This document shows positions 25,425 through 40,437 of a stretch of DNA of 64,000 bases, piece after piece. The notes under the pieces are model-generated. The model was not told where the DNA came from and searched no databases. It saw only the letters and a program-made list of their open reading frames with translations. The stretch comes from Octopus vulgaris. Lineage: Eukaryota. The translations under genes were made by a program, and so were the position numbers. The DNA lies in assembly GCA_951406725.2 (NCBI GenBank), contig OX597828.1, forward strand, positions 38,936,001-39,000,000. The letters are read 5' to 3'. The first letter of the stretch is position 1. The number at the start of each line of letters is the position of its first letter.

Positions 25425-27306
25425 TGGATTGATTTAAGATCACTTTCAAAAATAGCTTGTCTTCTTTTCCAGTAAATCGTAAATGAATTTATGAATTTAA
25501 TCAAAAATAAAAAGGAAAAAAACTTATCCATGCAAAAAAAAAATACAAAAACAAAACACAAACTTAAAAATAAGATAAAAAAACTAATTTGGAAAAGAAA
25601 CCAATTTGTTTGTCAATAACTTTAATAAACAGTGTATGTATTATGTAAAATGAGTCTGGAAACCATTTGTTCAAGTTCAGCAATGAAGTGATGAAGTTTC
25701 ACTGTAAAGTAATCAACCAAGCACAGCTAAAGTTGTTCATGGTTCTTCACCCCCAGAAGCCTGAGTGCTCTGAAGAATCAAGTCCCTCCCCACGACTTTA
25801 TTCAACTAGTAACCATGTTAATTAATACTAGTCATGTGATCATTGAGTAGTGTCACATGACCCAGCAAATATGTAAAGCATTGCAACACTGCAGCCACAT
25901 GAATATTGTATGCTTCTTAGACTGCATTGGTATCTCTTCCATTCAAGCCTTTATTGATTGTGTACAGTTTAGCCTTTACAAGCTCATCTAGAGATGTTGA
26001 AGCCAGCTGTTCACCTTGTAGAAGCCAGCAACTCTTGCTGACAAATGTAACTGGTTTTCTAAACAAAGTACAGAAAGCATCTGACACAAATGCAGTTGGC
26101 TTCTGCAGAAAATTAATTCCTGCTCAGTCACAAGTCTGAAAACATAGATATGTTGATAAAGCCATGTAGTTGTTTACATTAATGAGGGAATTGTTCAGTT
26201 GCACTTACATTTTTGTCCTCGGTGCCAGTTACTAACATATTACCATTTGTAGAGTCATCAGAGCTGACAAGAAGCAGTAGTATGGATGAAGAATTAGAGT
26301 AACTAGTTGGTCATATTTGTAACGGGATAAATTGATTAGTAAACAGTATTATGAAATGTCGGAGTCAGCAGTTGTAATGATAAAAGTTTGTTGTTATAAT
26401 TGCACACTGTAAGATGTGAAAGATGAACAATGCATAAAGTTTTAAGAAAGTATTTATTTACCGTCACATTACAAATGCCTTGCCTTGACGGGCAGGTTAT
26501 GATAAATCCAAAAGCATGCAAAGTAAAGTTTGTGTTTGTGTCCTCTTCATTGTTTAGTAGTAAGTACAGAGAGGGATAGAATGATGTTGTAAGAGAACAG
26601 AATTAGAGCTAGAGAGACTTGTAGGGTGTTGTCTGACAGTTGCTGACAGTAAACTTCATTTTTCCCTCTGACCAAGATTGTAGCTGGTCAGCCAGACTTC
26701 GTTGTCATTTAGTCGTCACCATGTGACTAGACTGGTTGAGTCGTTAACGACGATGACTAACTGATTTTTACTTGGAGTGTGCTTGCTAATATAACTATCC
26801 AGAAGGATAGATATATCATTGAGAACAATAGATTTAGTTGGTGATCTTGTTATCTCTATTCTAGCTTTTGGTGATGTAGAAGAGGTTAGAAAGTATCAAG
26901 TGGTGAAGACATTATTTCGGCCTAGCTAAAGGTATCTGGAAAATGTAAAACTGCTGTCAGAGAGAAACCATTGTTCCATCATGGGAAAAGTTCTGTTGCA
27001 GTGTTAATTTAAATTTGGCTATGGTGGATCGAATCCACTTCATGCTTGCAAGATCCACTACATATTCTTACTACTTACAAAATTGATATTACAGCCAGCA
27101 TTTTCATACTTACTGTTGCACACATGGCAACTAGCATTCGGTCCTGCACTGTCAATCTCATTGCTTTTGTTTCCATACCTACAATTTGACACAGCACTGG
27201 AATGGCCCTTTGGTTCTCAAGGATCACTCGAACTTTCTATGTTCATATTTACCCCATTGTGATCATATATGGTACTACAAAGGTGACAATAAGTCAGGGG
27301 TGAATG

Positions 27307-27393
27307 TTACTGCCAATCATTTTCCATTTCACTGACTTGTGTACTGCTGCACGAGTTTATAGAATTACATGGCTCCGAAATGAGTTTCCTATG
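27307..27393 (-). other. candidate terminal exon start, followed by about 1.7 kb of repeat-free UTR-like sequence
   Basis: ttattgtatttAG|cat..., reads HRKLISEPCNSINSCSSTQVSEMENDWQ*. 25600-27300 shows no recognisable repeat. Confidence 0.22.
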
Positions 27394-28231
27394 CTAAATA
27401 CAATAATATAATTATGATCAATATAATTTATTAATGTAAGGTGGTGAACCAGCAGAATAATTACCACACCAGGCAAAATGCTTAGCAGCATTTCGTCCTC
27501 CTTACGTTCTGAGTTCAAATTCTGCCAAGGTCAACTTTGCCTTTCATCCTTTTGAGGTCAATAAAATAAGTACCAGCTGAGTACTGAGGTCAATGTAATT
27601 GACAAGCCTCCTCCCCCAAATTTCAGACCTTGTGCCTACAGTAGAAAGGAATATTATTGTTGTTGTTGTACCACCTGACATGCCAGTCCCACACACAAAA
27701 AAGCATCATTCGAGCGTGACCAATGCCAGTGCCACCTGTCTGGCACCCATGTAGGTGGCATGTAAAAAGCACCCACTACACTCTCAGTGTGCTTGGCGTT
27801 AGGAAGGGCATCAAGCTGCAGAAACATTGCCAGATCAAGATTGGAGCCCATCCTGACTTGCCAGTCCTCAGTTAAACCATCCAATCCATGCCAGCATGGA
27901 AAGCTGATGTTAAACGATGATGATGATGATCATCATCATCATCACTATTATCATCATCATTATTATTATTATTATTAATATTATTATTATTATTACTATT
28001 ATTATTAAGGCAGAATTGTTAGCAAAAGCGATGAGCTGGCAGAATCATTAGCCTGCTGGACATGCATAGCGGTATTTCACCTTTACATTCTTTACATTCT
28101 GAGTTCAAACTTGGCCGAGGTCGACTTTGCCTTTCATCCTTTCAGGGTTGATAAAATAAGTACCAGTGGAGGGTTGATTTAATCAGCTCATCCCGACCTC
28201 CCTCAAGCTGCACTTGTGTCAAAAATTTGAA

Positions 28232-28287
<56 letters not shown>

Positions 28288-28317
28288 CATTATTATTATT
28301 ATTATTATTATTATCAT

Positions 28318-28659
28318 TGCCTTTGCACAGCTTCTAATGCTGGAGATGTACTCCAGTGTCAGCTGTTCACTACCAGTGAACTAAGGTAACATATCTTATT
28401 TTTTGAGCACCTTCTGTAGTATTTGAGTGGTTCCAAGCAGTGCTGTTTTCTGCAAGTGCTCCACCCTTATTGCAGCCCCTATTTGTTCCATGTACTTCCC
28501 GAGATTTTTGCTCACTGTTCCTGGGGCTCCGACAATTATTGGTACTATGGCTACCTTTTTCATCAACCACAACTGCTTAACTTCCCAAGCTAACCTGTCA
28601 TATCTCTTAACTTTTCTTTCTTCCTTATCACGTAACTTGTCAGCTGGGCATAATCTATG

Positions 28660-28660
<1 letters not shown>
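28318..28660 (-). mobile_element. R4/Dong-like non-LTR retrotransposon 3' fragment (restriction-like endonuclease end) within (TAA)n
   Basis: KEERKVKRYDRLAWEVKQLW..KKVAIVPIIVGAPGTVSKNL..LQKTALLGTTQILQKVL*, with (TTA)n arrays on both sides. Confidence 0.85.
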
Positions 28661-28731
<71 letters not shown>

Positions 28732-29693
28732 GCTATTATCATTATTAGGGTGGCGAGATGGCTGAAGCGTTAGCATGCAGGGCAAAATACTTGGCAGCAT
28801 TTCGTCTGTTTTTATGTTCTGAGTTCAAATTCTGCCATGGTTGACTTTGCCTTCCATCCTTTTGGGGCGGTTAATAAAATAAGTTCCAGTTGAGCCCTAG
28901 AATCAATGAAATCGATTTACCCCACCCCGCACCCCCACCATGAATTTACTGGCTCTGTGCCAAAATTTAAAACCATTATTATTGTTGTTATTGTTGTTGT
29001 TGTTGTTGTTGTTGTCATCATCGCTGTTGTTATATCTTTGAAAGAGCGGAATCAGTACAATCAGTAGGTCTGTAAAAAAAAAAAAATAGACAAAAATAGA
29101 AAAAAGAAGCTGAAATTGCAGATTTTTCTACAGCAACTCTTGGATCTATGTCACGACAATCATTTCGTAATGAGTAAATAATGTTTTCATTCTCTTTTGT
29201 TGTGGGGTATTTTTTTCCCCCTTCATTTCTTTTAATCTTCATTTTTGTCAGAAACCAAGCCAAAAGCCATTGAGTGTATTGAGAAGAAAAATATAAAAGT
29301 CTATGTAGAGTTGTAAAAGCTTTTGTGGAAATTGGTTGGTATATCAATAACTAATTCTAAATATAACACTGGATTTTTAGTTTATTAGTACTGTTGTAGT
29401 AGTTGTTGTGGTTATTGTTGTTGTTATTGATGATGTTGTTGTTCATTGTATATTTATACATATGTGAGTCTATATTTGCATGCATGTGTATATACATATA
29501 TATGTGTGTGTGTGTGTATGTATGCGTATGTGTATATGAAGATGTGTGAGTGTAGGTAGATATATATATAATATACATATTTATACACATTCATGTGTGT
29601 GTGTGTGTGTAAATGTATGTATATGTATGTTTATGTGTGTATGCATTTTTGTATGTATGTCTATATGTGGATGTGTATACATACATATATATG

Positions 29694-29751
<58 letters not shown>

Positions 29752-29891
29752 CATATATATGTATATATATATATAATATACATATTTATACACATATTTG
29801 TGTGTGTGTGTGTATGCATTTTTGTATGTATGTATATATATATATATTTATGTAAATATGTGTATATGAATGTATGCATATATGTATGTAC

Positions 29892-29985
<94 letters not shown>

Positions 29986-30072
29986 GAATGAATGACTGAT
30001 TATTGTCACCATCATCATTTTGCATCTTTTTTCAATGTTAGCATGGCTTGGACTTTTTCGGTGCACGCACAC

Positions 30073-30109
<37 letters not shown>

Positions 30110-30505
30110 TGTACACGCACACATATACTTGCACATGCACATACACACATACATACATACATGCACACACACACACAATCACATAGATATCAATGTACGG
30201 TGTAGAGAAAGAGACAGACGGAGAGGAATTGTTCAACACCAGTCTATTTTATATAATTAACAGCATAACAACTTAATGAAATATTAATTAGTCTCCAGAC
30301 TGATAGATTCGTAGCACTTGATAAAACACAACTACTAAATCTTTTCTCACTTAAATCTATATATGTGTGTCACTTTTCAAAGGTATTGATCATTTATTAA
30401 TATATTTATGTTTGTTCTATATGTATACGCTGCTTTTAGAAAATTCCTTAGGATTTCAGGCTTATATTTGCATATACATGTCACTTTCTCTCTCTCTCTC
30501 ACTCA

Positions 30506-30623
<118 letters not shown>

Positions 30624-30737
30624 ACATATATATATATGTATACATATATATATATATATATATATACATGTATATATATACTTATATATATATGTGTGTG
30701 TGTGTGTGTATGCATGTATATATATATATATAAAATA

Positions 30738-30992
30738 GATAAATAAATGTGCCCTTTTTTTAAAGCCTAGCCAAGCTCATAGGTCCGGTTTCCTGGTTTC
30801 TGTGGCGTATGTGTTCTCCAGCGGGACAGGACACCAGTCCATTGTAGCATTACTCATTTTTGCCAACTGAGTGGACTGGAGCAACGTGAAATGAAGTGTT
30901 TTGCTCAAGAACACAATGCGTCGCCCAGTCCAGGAATCAATACCACAGTCTTACGATCATGGTGTTGACACCCTAACCACTAAGCCATATTT
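30738..30992 (-). mobile_element. tRNA-SINE with a family D-like head and V-domain-like body
   Basis: Minus strand tggcttagtggttagg..atggactggtgtcctgtcc..acagaaaccaggaaacc. Confidence 0.65.
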
Positions 30993-31679
30993 TCATATAC
31001 ATTCGCTTCTTTCTTCCAAGGAATCTAATGCTCTTAGCTTAGTTTTCCCTTGGGGCTGGCCAGATTGGAGCAATCTCAAGTATAACCAGCTGAAATTGCA
31101 AAGATAATCTGGAACTTGACTGAGGAAAGAAAACTCCAAATGACCCTTCCTTGTTTTCTTTGTATCGTCTATCTGCTGGATGTTTTGTTCCATTTTGTAT
31201 TTTATTTGTATTTCTTCTTAATGCATAGCCACATCTGAACCTATAGCTGGGTATTTACTCTTTTACTCTTTTACTTGTTTCAGTCATTTGACTGTGGCCA
31301 TGCTAGAGCACCGCCTTTAGTCAAGCAAATCGACCCTAGGACATATTCTTTGTAAGCCTATTACTTATTCTTTTGCCGAACCGCTAAGTTACAGGCACGT
31401 AAACACACCAGCATTGGTTGTCAAGCGATGTTGGGGGACAAGCACAGATACACAAACATACACACACACATACACACACACACATACACACAAACACACA
31501 TACACACACACATGCACACACATGCGCGCATGCACACACACACACACACAAATATACATATATACGGCAGGCTTCTTTCAGTTTCCATCTACCAAATCCA
31601 CTCACAAGGCTTTGGTCAGCCTGAGGCTATAGTTGAAGACACTTGCTCAAGGTGCCATGTGTTTGGTAAGCAAGCTACA

Positions 31680-32272
31680 TAGTTTTCATCATTCTTGACA
31701 CAATGAGATCTTGTAGAGCTGAAATCCAAGTGTCACTTTGGTCAGCTGAAAGCAATTTTAGTACAAGCTTGGCAGAGACGTATCTCATATCCAAATCTTC
31801 AGTGATAACAGACTGAACTGAACCATAACTAATCTGCATATCCTCTAGTAATTCATGCACATCCTCTGATAGCTGCATGCACATCTGCAATGCTTTTCTC
31901 AGTTCTGCTGGTTGTGTGTCTCCCAGAATGTTCATCAATATCGACATATTTTGGCCATCTTGGAAACGTCTGAACCACTTGTACACCTGTGTATGGCTCA
32001 TACACTCCTCTCCATACACTTTCTGCAACTTTGCGTAGGCCTTTGGGCAGGTATTACCATGACAATTTTCTCTGTAATGGTCAATGTGATGATCACACAC
32101 TACACACCTTTCTTCCAAGCACTGCTGTAAACAGAAGTGAGCTAGAATGCTAAAACTTAGTATGCATGCACAGCTGAGTTCAAGGTCAATTTTTACCCAT
32201 CAGCTTCACTCTGCATGCTTTAACTTCGTTACTATAGCAACAGTCCGGATACTTATTGATCATACCTCACAT
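31680..32272 (-). mobile_element. 5' part of a second, different mariner element
   Basis: Translation KAYAKLQKVYGEECMSHTQVYKWFRRFQDG...ISYGSVQSVITEDLDMRYVSAKLVLKLLS. TIR-like end ta-tgaggtatgatcaataagtatccggac. Truncated at a SINE. Confidence 0.85.
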
Positions 32273-32280
32273 ATACCATA

Positions 32281-32846
<566 letters not shown>

Positions 32847-33678
32847 ATACATAAATATATAGGCACATACATGTGCACACACATGCACATGCACTCACAC
32901 ACACACATGCACACACAAACAAAAGGATGAGAATCTAAGTTTTTTATTTCATTTTAAAAAGCCAATCAATGAAAATGAAACTGGTATCTGGTTTCTACTC
33001 AGAAAACAAGTCTTTCTTATTTAATTTATTAACTCTCTCACCATCTGTTTCATTATACAATCCTATGTTAATCAGAATGCTAATTTTAGAAATAATTTCT
33101 GTGAAGAAAATTTTTTTTTTTTTTTTTTTTTTTTTAACAGAAAGCCTTTAAAATATTTCTAATTAACTTTTGAATATTTTAGTTATGAAATTAATACTCG
33201 AGTTTAGAATGGTTTTATTTTGAGTAGCAAATCTAATCAATTTGTTGAGTAATCCTATTTGTTTATTTTATAAATTTTATTCCATGAAACTGAAGTAGTA
33301 TTTCCTTAAGCAACTCATTTAATACTGTTTCCTATTTATCATTCTAAAAACATTTGCACATATTCTGAACTGGTTTAAATTCCAAATGAGCTGTCATCAT
33401 TATCATCATCATCGCCATGTCTGTCGTTGTCATTGGTGTCATTGTTATTGTCATCGTTGTCATCGTTGCCATCATTGCTGTTGTTAGCATCATCGACGTC
33501 ATTACCATTATCATTGTCATCATTATCATTTTCATCATCATCATCATTTGACGACCATCTTCCATGTAGGCATGCATTGGCTGGTTTGACAAGATCTGAT
33601 GTGTCCAAGAACAGCATTGTGCTCTTCCTAATGCCAACCACTTTACAGCAAGGCTGGGAGCTTTTCGTATGCCGCCTG

Positions 33679-33710
<32 letters not shown>

Positions 33711-34835
33711 TATGTAAGAATATGTATAGCAATGTGTAGGTGCAGATATACATGTATGGTGAAAAAGTTTTTTTCCAAACCCAAACCAACGATGTGGTTT
33801 CAGGTTTACTACCAAGATGTTTACCCACTGTATGGGCAATGTGTTTTCTACTTTAACCCTGAACCAACTGAAGCCCTATGAGTGAATTTGGTACATTAAA
33901 ACTGAAAAAAAGCCCCTTCATGTCGGCTTTGTTTGGTGAATTCTACAATTAAAGATGTGATTTTCTCCATATTTTTGTTGTCTTATACTCTGAATTTCTT
34001 GGGTCTACTTGTCATGAGGAGTTACCTTAGATGTGTACTCTGATTACATTTACTGGTATCTGATTATTTGATATCGTTGACCAAATTTGTTTAAGACTGA
34101 GTGCTTTATTGATATCTACTTGGCTTTTTTAATCCCCTTTTTATTCATATTATATACATTATATATATTTTTTCTCTTATTTTTTTTACTTGTTTCAGTC
34201 ATTTGACTGTGACCATGCTGGAGCACTGCCTTTAGTTGAACAAATCAACCCCAGGACTTATTCTCTGTAAGCCTATTATTCTATCGGTCTCTTTTTACTA
34301 AGCTGCTATGTTACGGGGATGTAAACACCAACATCGTTTGTCAAGCGATGGTGGGGAGACAAACACACACAAGCATACACACTATGGGCTTCTTTCAGTT
34401 TCCATCTACCAACTCCACACACAAGGCTTGGGTCAGCCCAAGGCTATAGTAAAAGACACTTGCCCAAGGTGCCACACAGTAGAACTGAACCCAGAACCAT
34501 GTGGTTGGGAGGTAAGCTTCATATCACACAGCCACTCCTGCACCTATATATATATATATATATATCATCATCATCATCATCATCATCATCCTCATCATTT
34601 AATGTCTGCTTTCCATGCTAGCATGGGCTGGACGATTTGACTGAGGACTGGCAAACCAGATGGCTGCGCAAGGCTCCAATCTGATCTGGCAAAGTTTCTA
34701 CAGCTGAAAACCCTTCCTAACACCAACTACTCCGAGAATGTAGTGGGTGCTTTTACATGCCCCCAGCGCGAGGGCCAGTCAGGCAGTACTGGCAACAGCC
34801 ATGCTCAAATAGTGTTTTTTCACCTGACACATGGA

Positions 34836-34944
34836 GCCACTGACACATGTTGCCACTGACACATGTTGCCACTGACACATGTTTTTTCACTGACACATGT
34901 TGCCACTGACACATGTTGCCACTGACACATGTTGCCACTGACAC
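34836..34944. repeat. 16-bp minisatellite (gccactgacacatgtt)n, about 7 units, inside a family E element
   Basis: Directly visible tandem units. Confidence 0.9.
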
Positions 34945-35609
34945 AAGTCCCTGTAAGGCGACGCTGGTAACGATCATGCTCAAATGGTGCCTTTTACATG
35001 CCACTGGCACAGAAGCCAGGAGGCTGCACCAGGCTCCAGTCTGATCTGGCAGTGTTTCTACAGCTTGAATGCCTTCCTAATGCCAACCACTCTGTGAGTG
35101 TAGTGGGTGCTTTTTAAGTACCACTAGCACAGGTGCCAGGGGAGGCTGGCCGAATCAGTTGGTGCTTTTTACATGCCATGGCACAGGTGCCAGGGGAGGC
35201 TGGCAACGGCCATGATCAGTTTGTGCTTTTTACGTGCCACCGGTCAAGGCAGCACTAAAAACAAACATGAAGTTGATAATTAATTTGAGAAATAAAATTA
35301 AAGGAAAATTAATCTGGTTTTGTTTACGTTAGTTAAAGAGTACACTGAAAATGTCATGCAGAAAAAATGCAACAATTATCCTATTACACAAGACTACAAC
35401 AAATTGTAATTAAATTGTCTCATTTGTGTGTGTGTGTGTCTATTTATTTTCTGAGTTTCTAAGGAAACACTATATTTCCTAAGAACTTATAAAAAGCCAA
35501 AATCAGTGGATTAATTTCATTGGAGAATTATTTTTCAATCTTTGCACTCAACACAGAAGGGAAAGGAAATATGTTTTTCCAAGTAAATTTTAAAAAATAA
35601 AACCTCTCT

Positions 35610-35805
<196 letters not shown>

Positions 35806-36205
35806 ATGTATGTGTATATATATATATATATATGCATATATATATATAGATATATATATATATATATAACAAAGTAAAGTTGTGAGATATATATATATAC
35901 GGTTTGACCGGGGCTGATAAGCTGGAAGGCTGCACCAGACTCCAGTCTGATTTGGCATGGTTTTCTACAGCTGGATGCTCTTCCTAATACCAACCACTCT
36001 GAGAGTGTAATGGGTGCTTTTATGTGCCACTTGCAAGGGTGCCATTTGTGAGACCCCAGGGTCTGGCATGACTGTGATTTTTGCTTGGCTTGATGGGTCT
36101 TCTTCTCAAACACAACATGATGCCAAAGGTCTTGGTCATAGCCTCTGTGGGGCCCAACACTTGAAAGGAACATTGTGCTTCTCAATTTTTATGTTTTTCT
36201 TAAAA

Positions 36206-36278
<73 letters not shown>

Positions 36279-36280
36279 TT

Positions 36281-36720
36281 ATAAGGGGTATTTGAAGGTT
36301 AAGGACATTTCATTTTTAGTTCATTACACCTTCAAATTATTTAATGTATCTTTTTTTTTGTGGATAACCCTTTCAAGATATGATGCTAACTCAAGAAATG
36401 AAAAGACATGCAGTCATAGTTGCAATACATGCAAGCCACAGTGATTTAGAAATTCTAAATGTTGCAAGATCATTTGTACATAAATTTGGGTTGGAATTGG
36501 AGGCATGTGATGGTAATGTTTCACCTGTATCAAAGAGAAAAAAAACATTCACAATGCTCAAACACTAAAAGGACACCAGAATTTATACAACATTCAAAAC
36601 ATTATTGATGAAGACTCCAGATCAATGAGGTCCATTGCTAAAGAATTTGGAGTATCAGAGTGGACTATCAGAACTGTGGTACATTGTAACATTCTGATAC
36701 AAGTCCTATGTAATGAGGAA
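36281..36720 (+). mobile_element. Tc1/mariner-superfamily (maT/DD37D-like) transposase N-terminal remnant
   Basis: KRHAVIVAIHA..SDLEI..VARSFVHK and IIDEDSRSMRSIAKEFGVSEWTIRTVVH, an HTH-like segment. Cut off by an RTE fragment. Confidence 0.65.
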
Positions 36721-36724
36721 TCTT

Positions 36725-37032
36725 TCTCTCTCCTCTCCTTGAATTCCTCCATTATTGTCTGGAGGGCTATGATAAATAGGAGGGGGATGAGAACTGACCC
36801 TTTGTGGACCCCTACCTCTACACTGAATTCTTCAGTGTACTCATTGCCAACCCTCACCTTACTTACAGCGTCTCTGTACATGGCTTGCACTGCTCTCACT
36901 AACCATTCATCTATCCCTAGTTTCCTCATTGACCACCAGATAAGGGATCGGGGGACCCTGTCAAAGGCCTACTCCATGTCAACGAAAGCCAGGTACAGGG
37001 GATTATCTTTGGCTAGGTACTTCTCCTGCAGC
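36725..37032 (-). mobile_element. RTE-clade LINE reverse transcriptase fragment
   Basis: LYLAFVDME*AFDRVPR..MRKLGIDEWLVRAVQAMYRDAVSKVRVGNEYTEEFSVEVGVHKGSVLIPLLFI. Confidence 0.9.
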
Positions 37033-37039
37033 TTGTGTG

Positions 37040-37765
37040 TACATAACATAATACATAAAGAAATTATTGTATACAATGCTCAGGTACATCACGACAACTT
37101 GTAAAAGTGCGTATAAAACATATGCAGTAATGTACAAATGTCTGGGAGGTGAACAGTGTATGAGTCAGATACATGCTTGTGTATGTATGGAGGGGAGAAA
37201 ATCAGGTGTAGTGTTGGCGAATCTCAGGAAGCATGGAAGTTTTGAAGGATGCAGTGCTCCGACAACTAACAACTGATGCTGGCAGTTTGTTCTATACTTC
37301 AGCAACTCTTAGCATGAAAAAATGTTTCTGAAAGTCATGGGGGCTGTGTTGTTTTCTGACTTTGTAAACATGTCCATGGGTGTTAGACAGGTGGAGTTTG
37401 AAAAGGTGCTCAGAGTTATTGTTTGTAAGATGGTTAATAATTTTATGGGTGTCTGCCAAGTCAGCTGCCAGACGTCGGAGTTTCAATGTATCCATGCCCA
37501 GGGAAGTAAGGCATTCAAAATATGGCAAATGCCTGATGGAGGGTATTCTCTTGGTTGCACATCACTGAACGGTTTCCAGACGATTAATATCCTGGGCAAG
37601 ATAGGGGTTCCAGATTGGTGATGCAAATTCCAGATGAGGCCGTACCATAGCTATATAAAACCTCAGATTGATAGCCGGAGAGTGGCTCACAAAGGACTTG
37701 GTGAGTGATGCCAAGACACCCTCAGCCTTCTTGGCAATTTTAGCAAATCGCTGTTGACAATAATG
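37040..37765 (-). mobile_element. CR1/L2-group LINE 3' end fragment
   Basis: FYIAMVRPHLEFASPIWNPYLAQDINRLETVQ and LKLRRLAADLADTHKII...KHFFMLRVAE, typical post-RT C-terminal motifs. Confidence 0.88.
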
Positions 37766-37835
37766 CCCTGGTCGTCCCCCCAACATCGCTTGACAACCGA
37801 TGCTGGTGTGTTTATGAAAAGAAGCCTGTTGTATT

Positions 37836-38013
37836 TACTATTGAAAGCCTTCTAAACTGTGGTATTTGTCTCAAGAAAGTATCTCTTTTAGACATGTAGT
37901 GTTAAAAGACATATATTTCACCTGCTGCTATATTTCTGTGTTTTTTAGCATTATATGTCTATAAGAGATGCTTCTTATGATTAATACCACTGTTTAGAAG
38001 GCTTTCAACAGTA
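37836..38013. repeat. about 180-bp imperfect fold-back element
   Basis: ttgaaagccttctaaac.gtggtatt pairs with aataccac.gtttagaaggctttcaa; the inner arms also pair imperfectly. Confidence 0.85.
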
Positions 38014-38956
38014 TATATGCTTTAAGTATGACATACAGATCATTAATACAAATAAAATAGAATATTCAACCTGCACTGAACCTTCAGTTAAAACCAATTA
38101 TGGTTTTAATTGAAGATTAATACAGATGAATGATGAGAGGGAAAAAAAACTCACATCCTTTTAGTAAATTCAATATAAAATTTTACTTGGATTTGAACTT
38201 TCACAGTAAGCTTAATTACTTCTGTTCCAGAAATAAAAAGAATGAATAATTCTGTTTAAATGTTGTATTTAAAAAGTAGAAAAAAGAAATATGTTGTCAT
38301 GTGAATGATACAAAATATTAAATAAATGCCATAATATAGTTACTGTTGTTATTTCATTCACTCATTTAAATCTGATATCATTATTATTTCAGTATTGTTG
38401 CAAAGACACATTTGACTTGTGATTGAAATTACAGAAAGGTGAGGAGGTGCGGGGGGGGGGGTAAGATAGAGAAAAACAAAAAAAATTAGAGTGTGAAAAA
38501 CAGCGATTGTGTTTAACATATTATAATGCTTAACAATACAGGTATATAGAATGATCTGTAACAAGAGTTCCATTCAAGTGATATAGAAGGCAATCATTTT
38601 TAATAATTGTATCATGGTCTTTGTCATTTTTTTTCTGATTAAAAGACAGACAATTAGTTAATTTTCATGAGTGAATTGTAAAATCTAATTATTTATATAT
38701 ATTTATAAAATATGATATTAAAGAGGCATGTACTGAAGGTGTCATTGTATATCTATTGAAGAATTATGAATTAAAGAAAGCAACACAAACACATTTGTGT
38801 GCCTGTATGTATGTATATGCATGTGTGTGTATGTGTGTGTGTAAGTGTATACATACACACACATACATACATATAAACATACATACACAAACACACATAC
38901 AGACATACTTACATACATACATACACACATACATACATACACACATACATACATAC

Positions 38957-39001
<45 letters not shown>

Positions 39002-39002
39002 T

Positions 39003-39235
39003 AGGAAAGTTCAGGTAAGTGCTACTGTTGTTAATAACAAAGATCATGTCCCTTAGAATGAAGGGTAGATTGTATGATGCTTTTGTCAGAACTGCAATGC
39101 TGCATGGAAGTGAATCATGGATCTTGAATGCAGAGCACTTGAGAAGTGAGCATGCACTGTTGCACACGCAACGTAATTGTGTAAAGAAGACATAGTACAA
39201 GTGTACTAAAACTGAACATAAGAGGAATCAGATGT
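39003..39235 (+). mobile_element. RTE LINE 3' coding fragment
   Basis: LRMKGRLYDAFVRTAMLHGSESWILNAE. Confidence 0.75.
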
Positions 39236-39725
39236 ACATTATTTACATTATTTACATTTGACGTTTATTTGTCCTTGATACCACTTTCTTACACTTCACT
39301 TCATCCATTGACATTGTTCTCACCACCCATATTTTCATTGATCATCCACCCCCACTGTGCCACCAAATTATCTCTCCTCCTCCCACCACCACCACCACCA
39401 CCACTATATACCTCACCCTCCTCATACACCGTGCCTGTCTCTCTCTTCTTCATCCACTCCTATAATCTACCCAGTATTATGTCATCTCTCTCTCATCCTT
39501 CTCCTGTTTACTGTACCACCGTTTTTTATTCTTCTGTTCCACACTGTCAGACATACCCTACTCCCCCACTTACCCCTGGCACCTCTACCCCACTCATTCC
39601 TATACTTTGTATATCCACTCTGACATCTCATCACCACTACTTTTTATCACTTTCCAGCTCCTCCTGATGACCCTTTTGAAAAGTGTTTAGCTCCTCTACA
39701 GCAAGAAACCTATTCTGTCCTGTTT

Positions 39726-39960
39726 AAGGCAGTGAGCTGGCAGAAATTTTAGCATGCCGGGCGAAATGCTTTGCGGTATTTCGTCTGCCATTACGTTCTG
39801 AGTTCAAATTCTGCCGAGGTCAACTTTGTCTTTCATCCTTTCAGGGTCAATAAATTAAGTACCACTTATGCACAGGGGTTGATGTAATCAACTTAATCCC
39901 TTTGTCTGACCTTGTTTGTCCCCTCTATATTTAGCCCCTTGTGGGCAATAAAGAAATAAG
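39726..39960 (+). mobile_element. SINE family B copy
   Basis: Same consensus; TSD-like aagaaacctattctgtcct on both sides. Confidence 0.87.
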
Positions 39961-40437
39961 AAACCTATTCTGTCCTAGCCCTTTTCTCTCATACTTTACT
40001 CCTTATTCTCCAAACATAATATTGCTTCACCTTGGGGTTCATAGTTTTGCAAGCTGCATAGCAACCTTACTGGTGCTGATGGTACAAAAAATAGCACACA
40101 GTACATGATGTAAAGTGGTTGGCATTAGGAAGGGCATCAAGTCATAGAAACCATTCTAAAATGGACACTAGAGCTTGATGAAGTCCTTGGGCCAATCAGA
40201 TCCTGTCAGATTGACCAGCCCACAAGAGTATGGAAGGAATATGGACATTAAATGACAATGGTGACAACGACAACAACAACAACAATGACAATAATATGTA
40301 TGTGCTGATTTCAGTCAATGGGCTACAGCCATTCTTGGGCACTGCCTGGAGGGGTTCAGTTGATAACATTAGTTCTAACATTTACTTCAATTGTGGAGAT
40401 GTACTTGCATAGCAAGTGACTTGATATGAGATCATGT

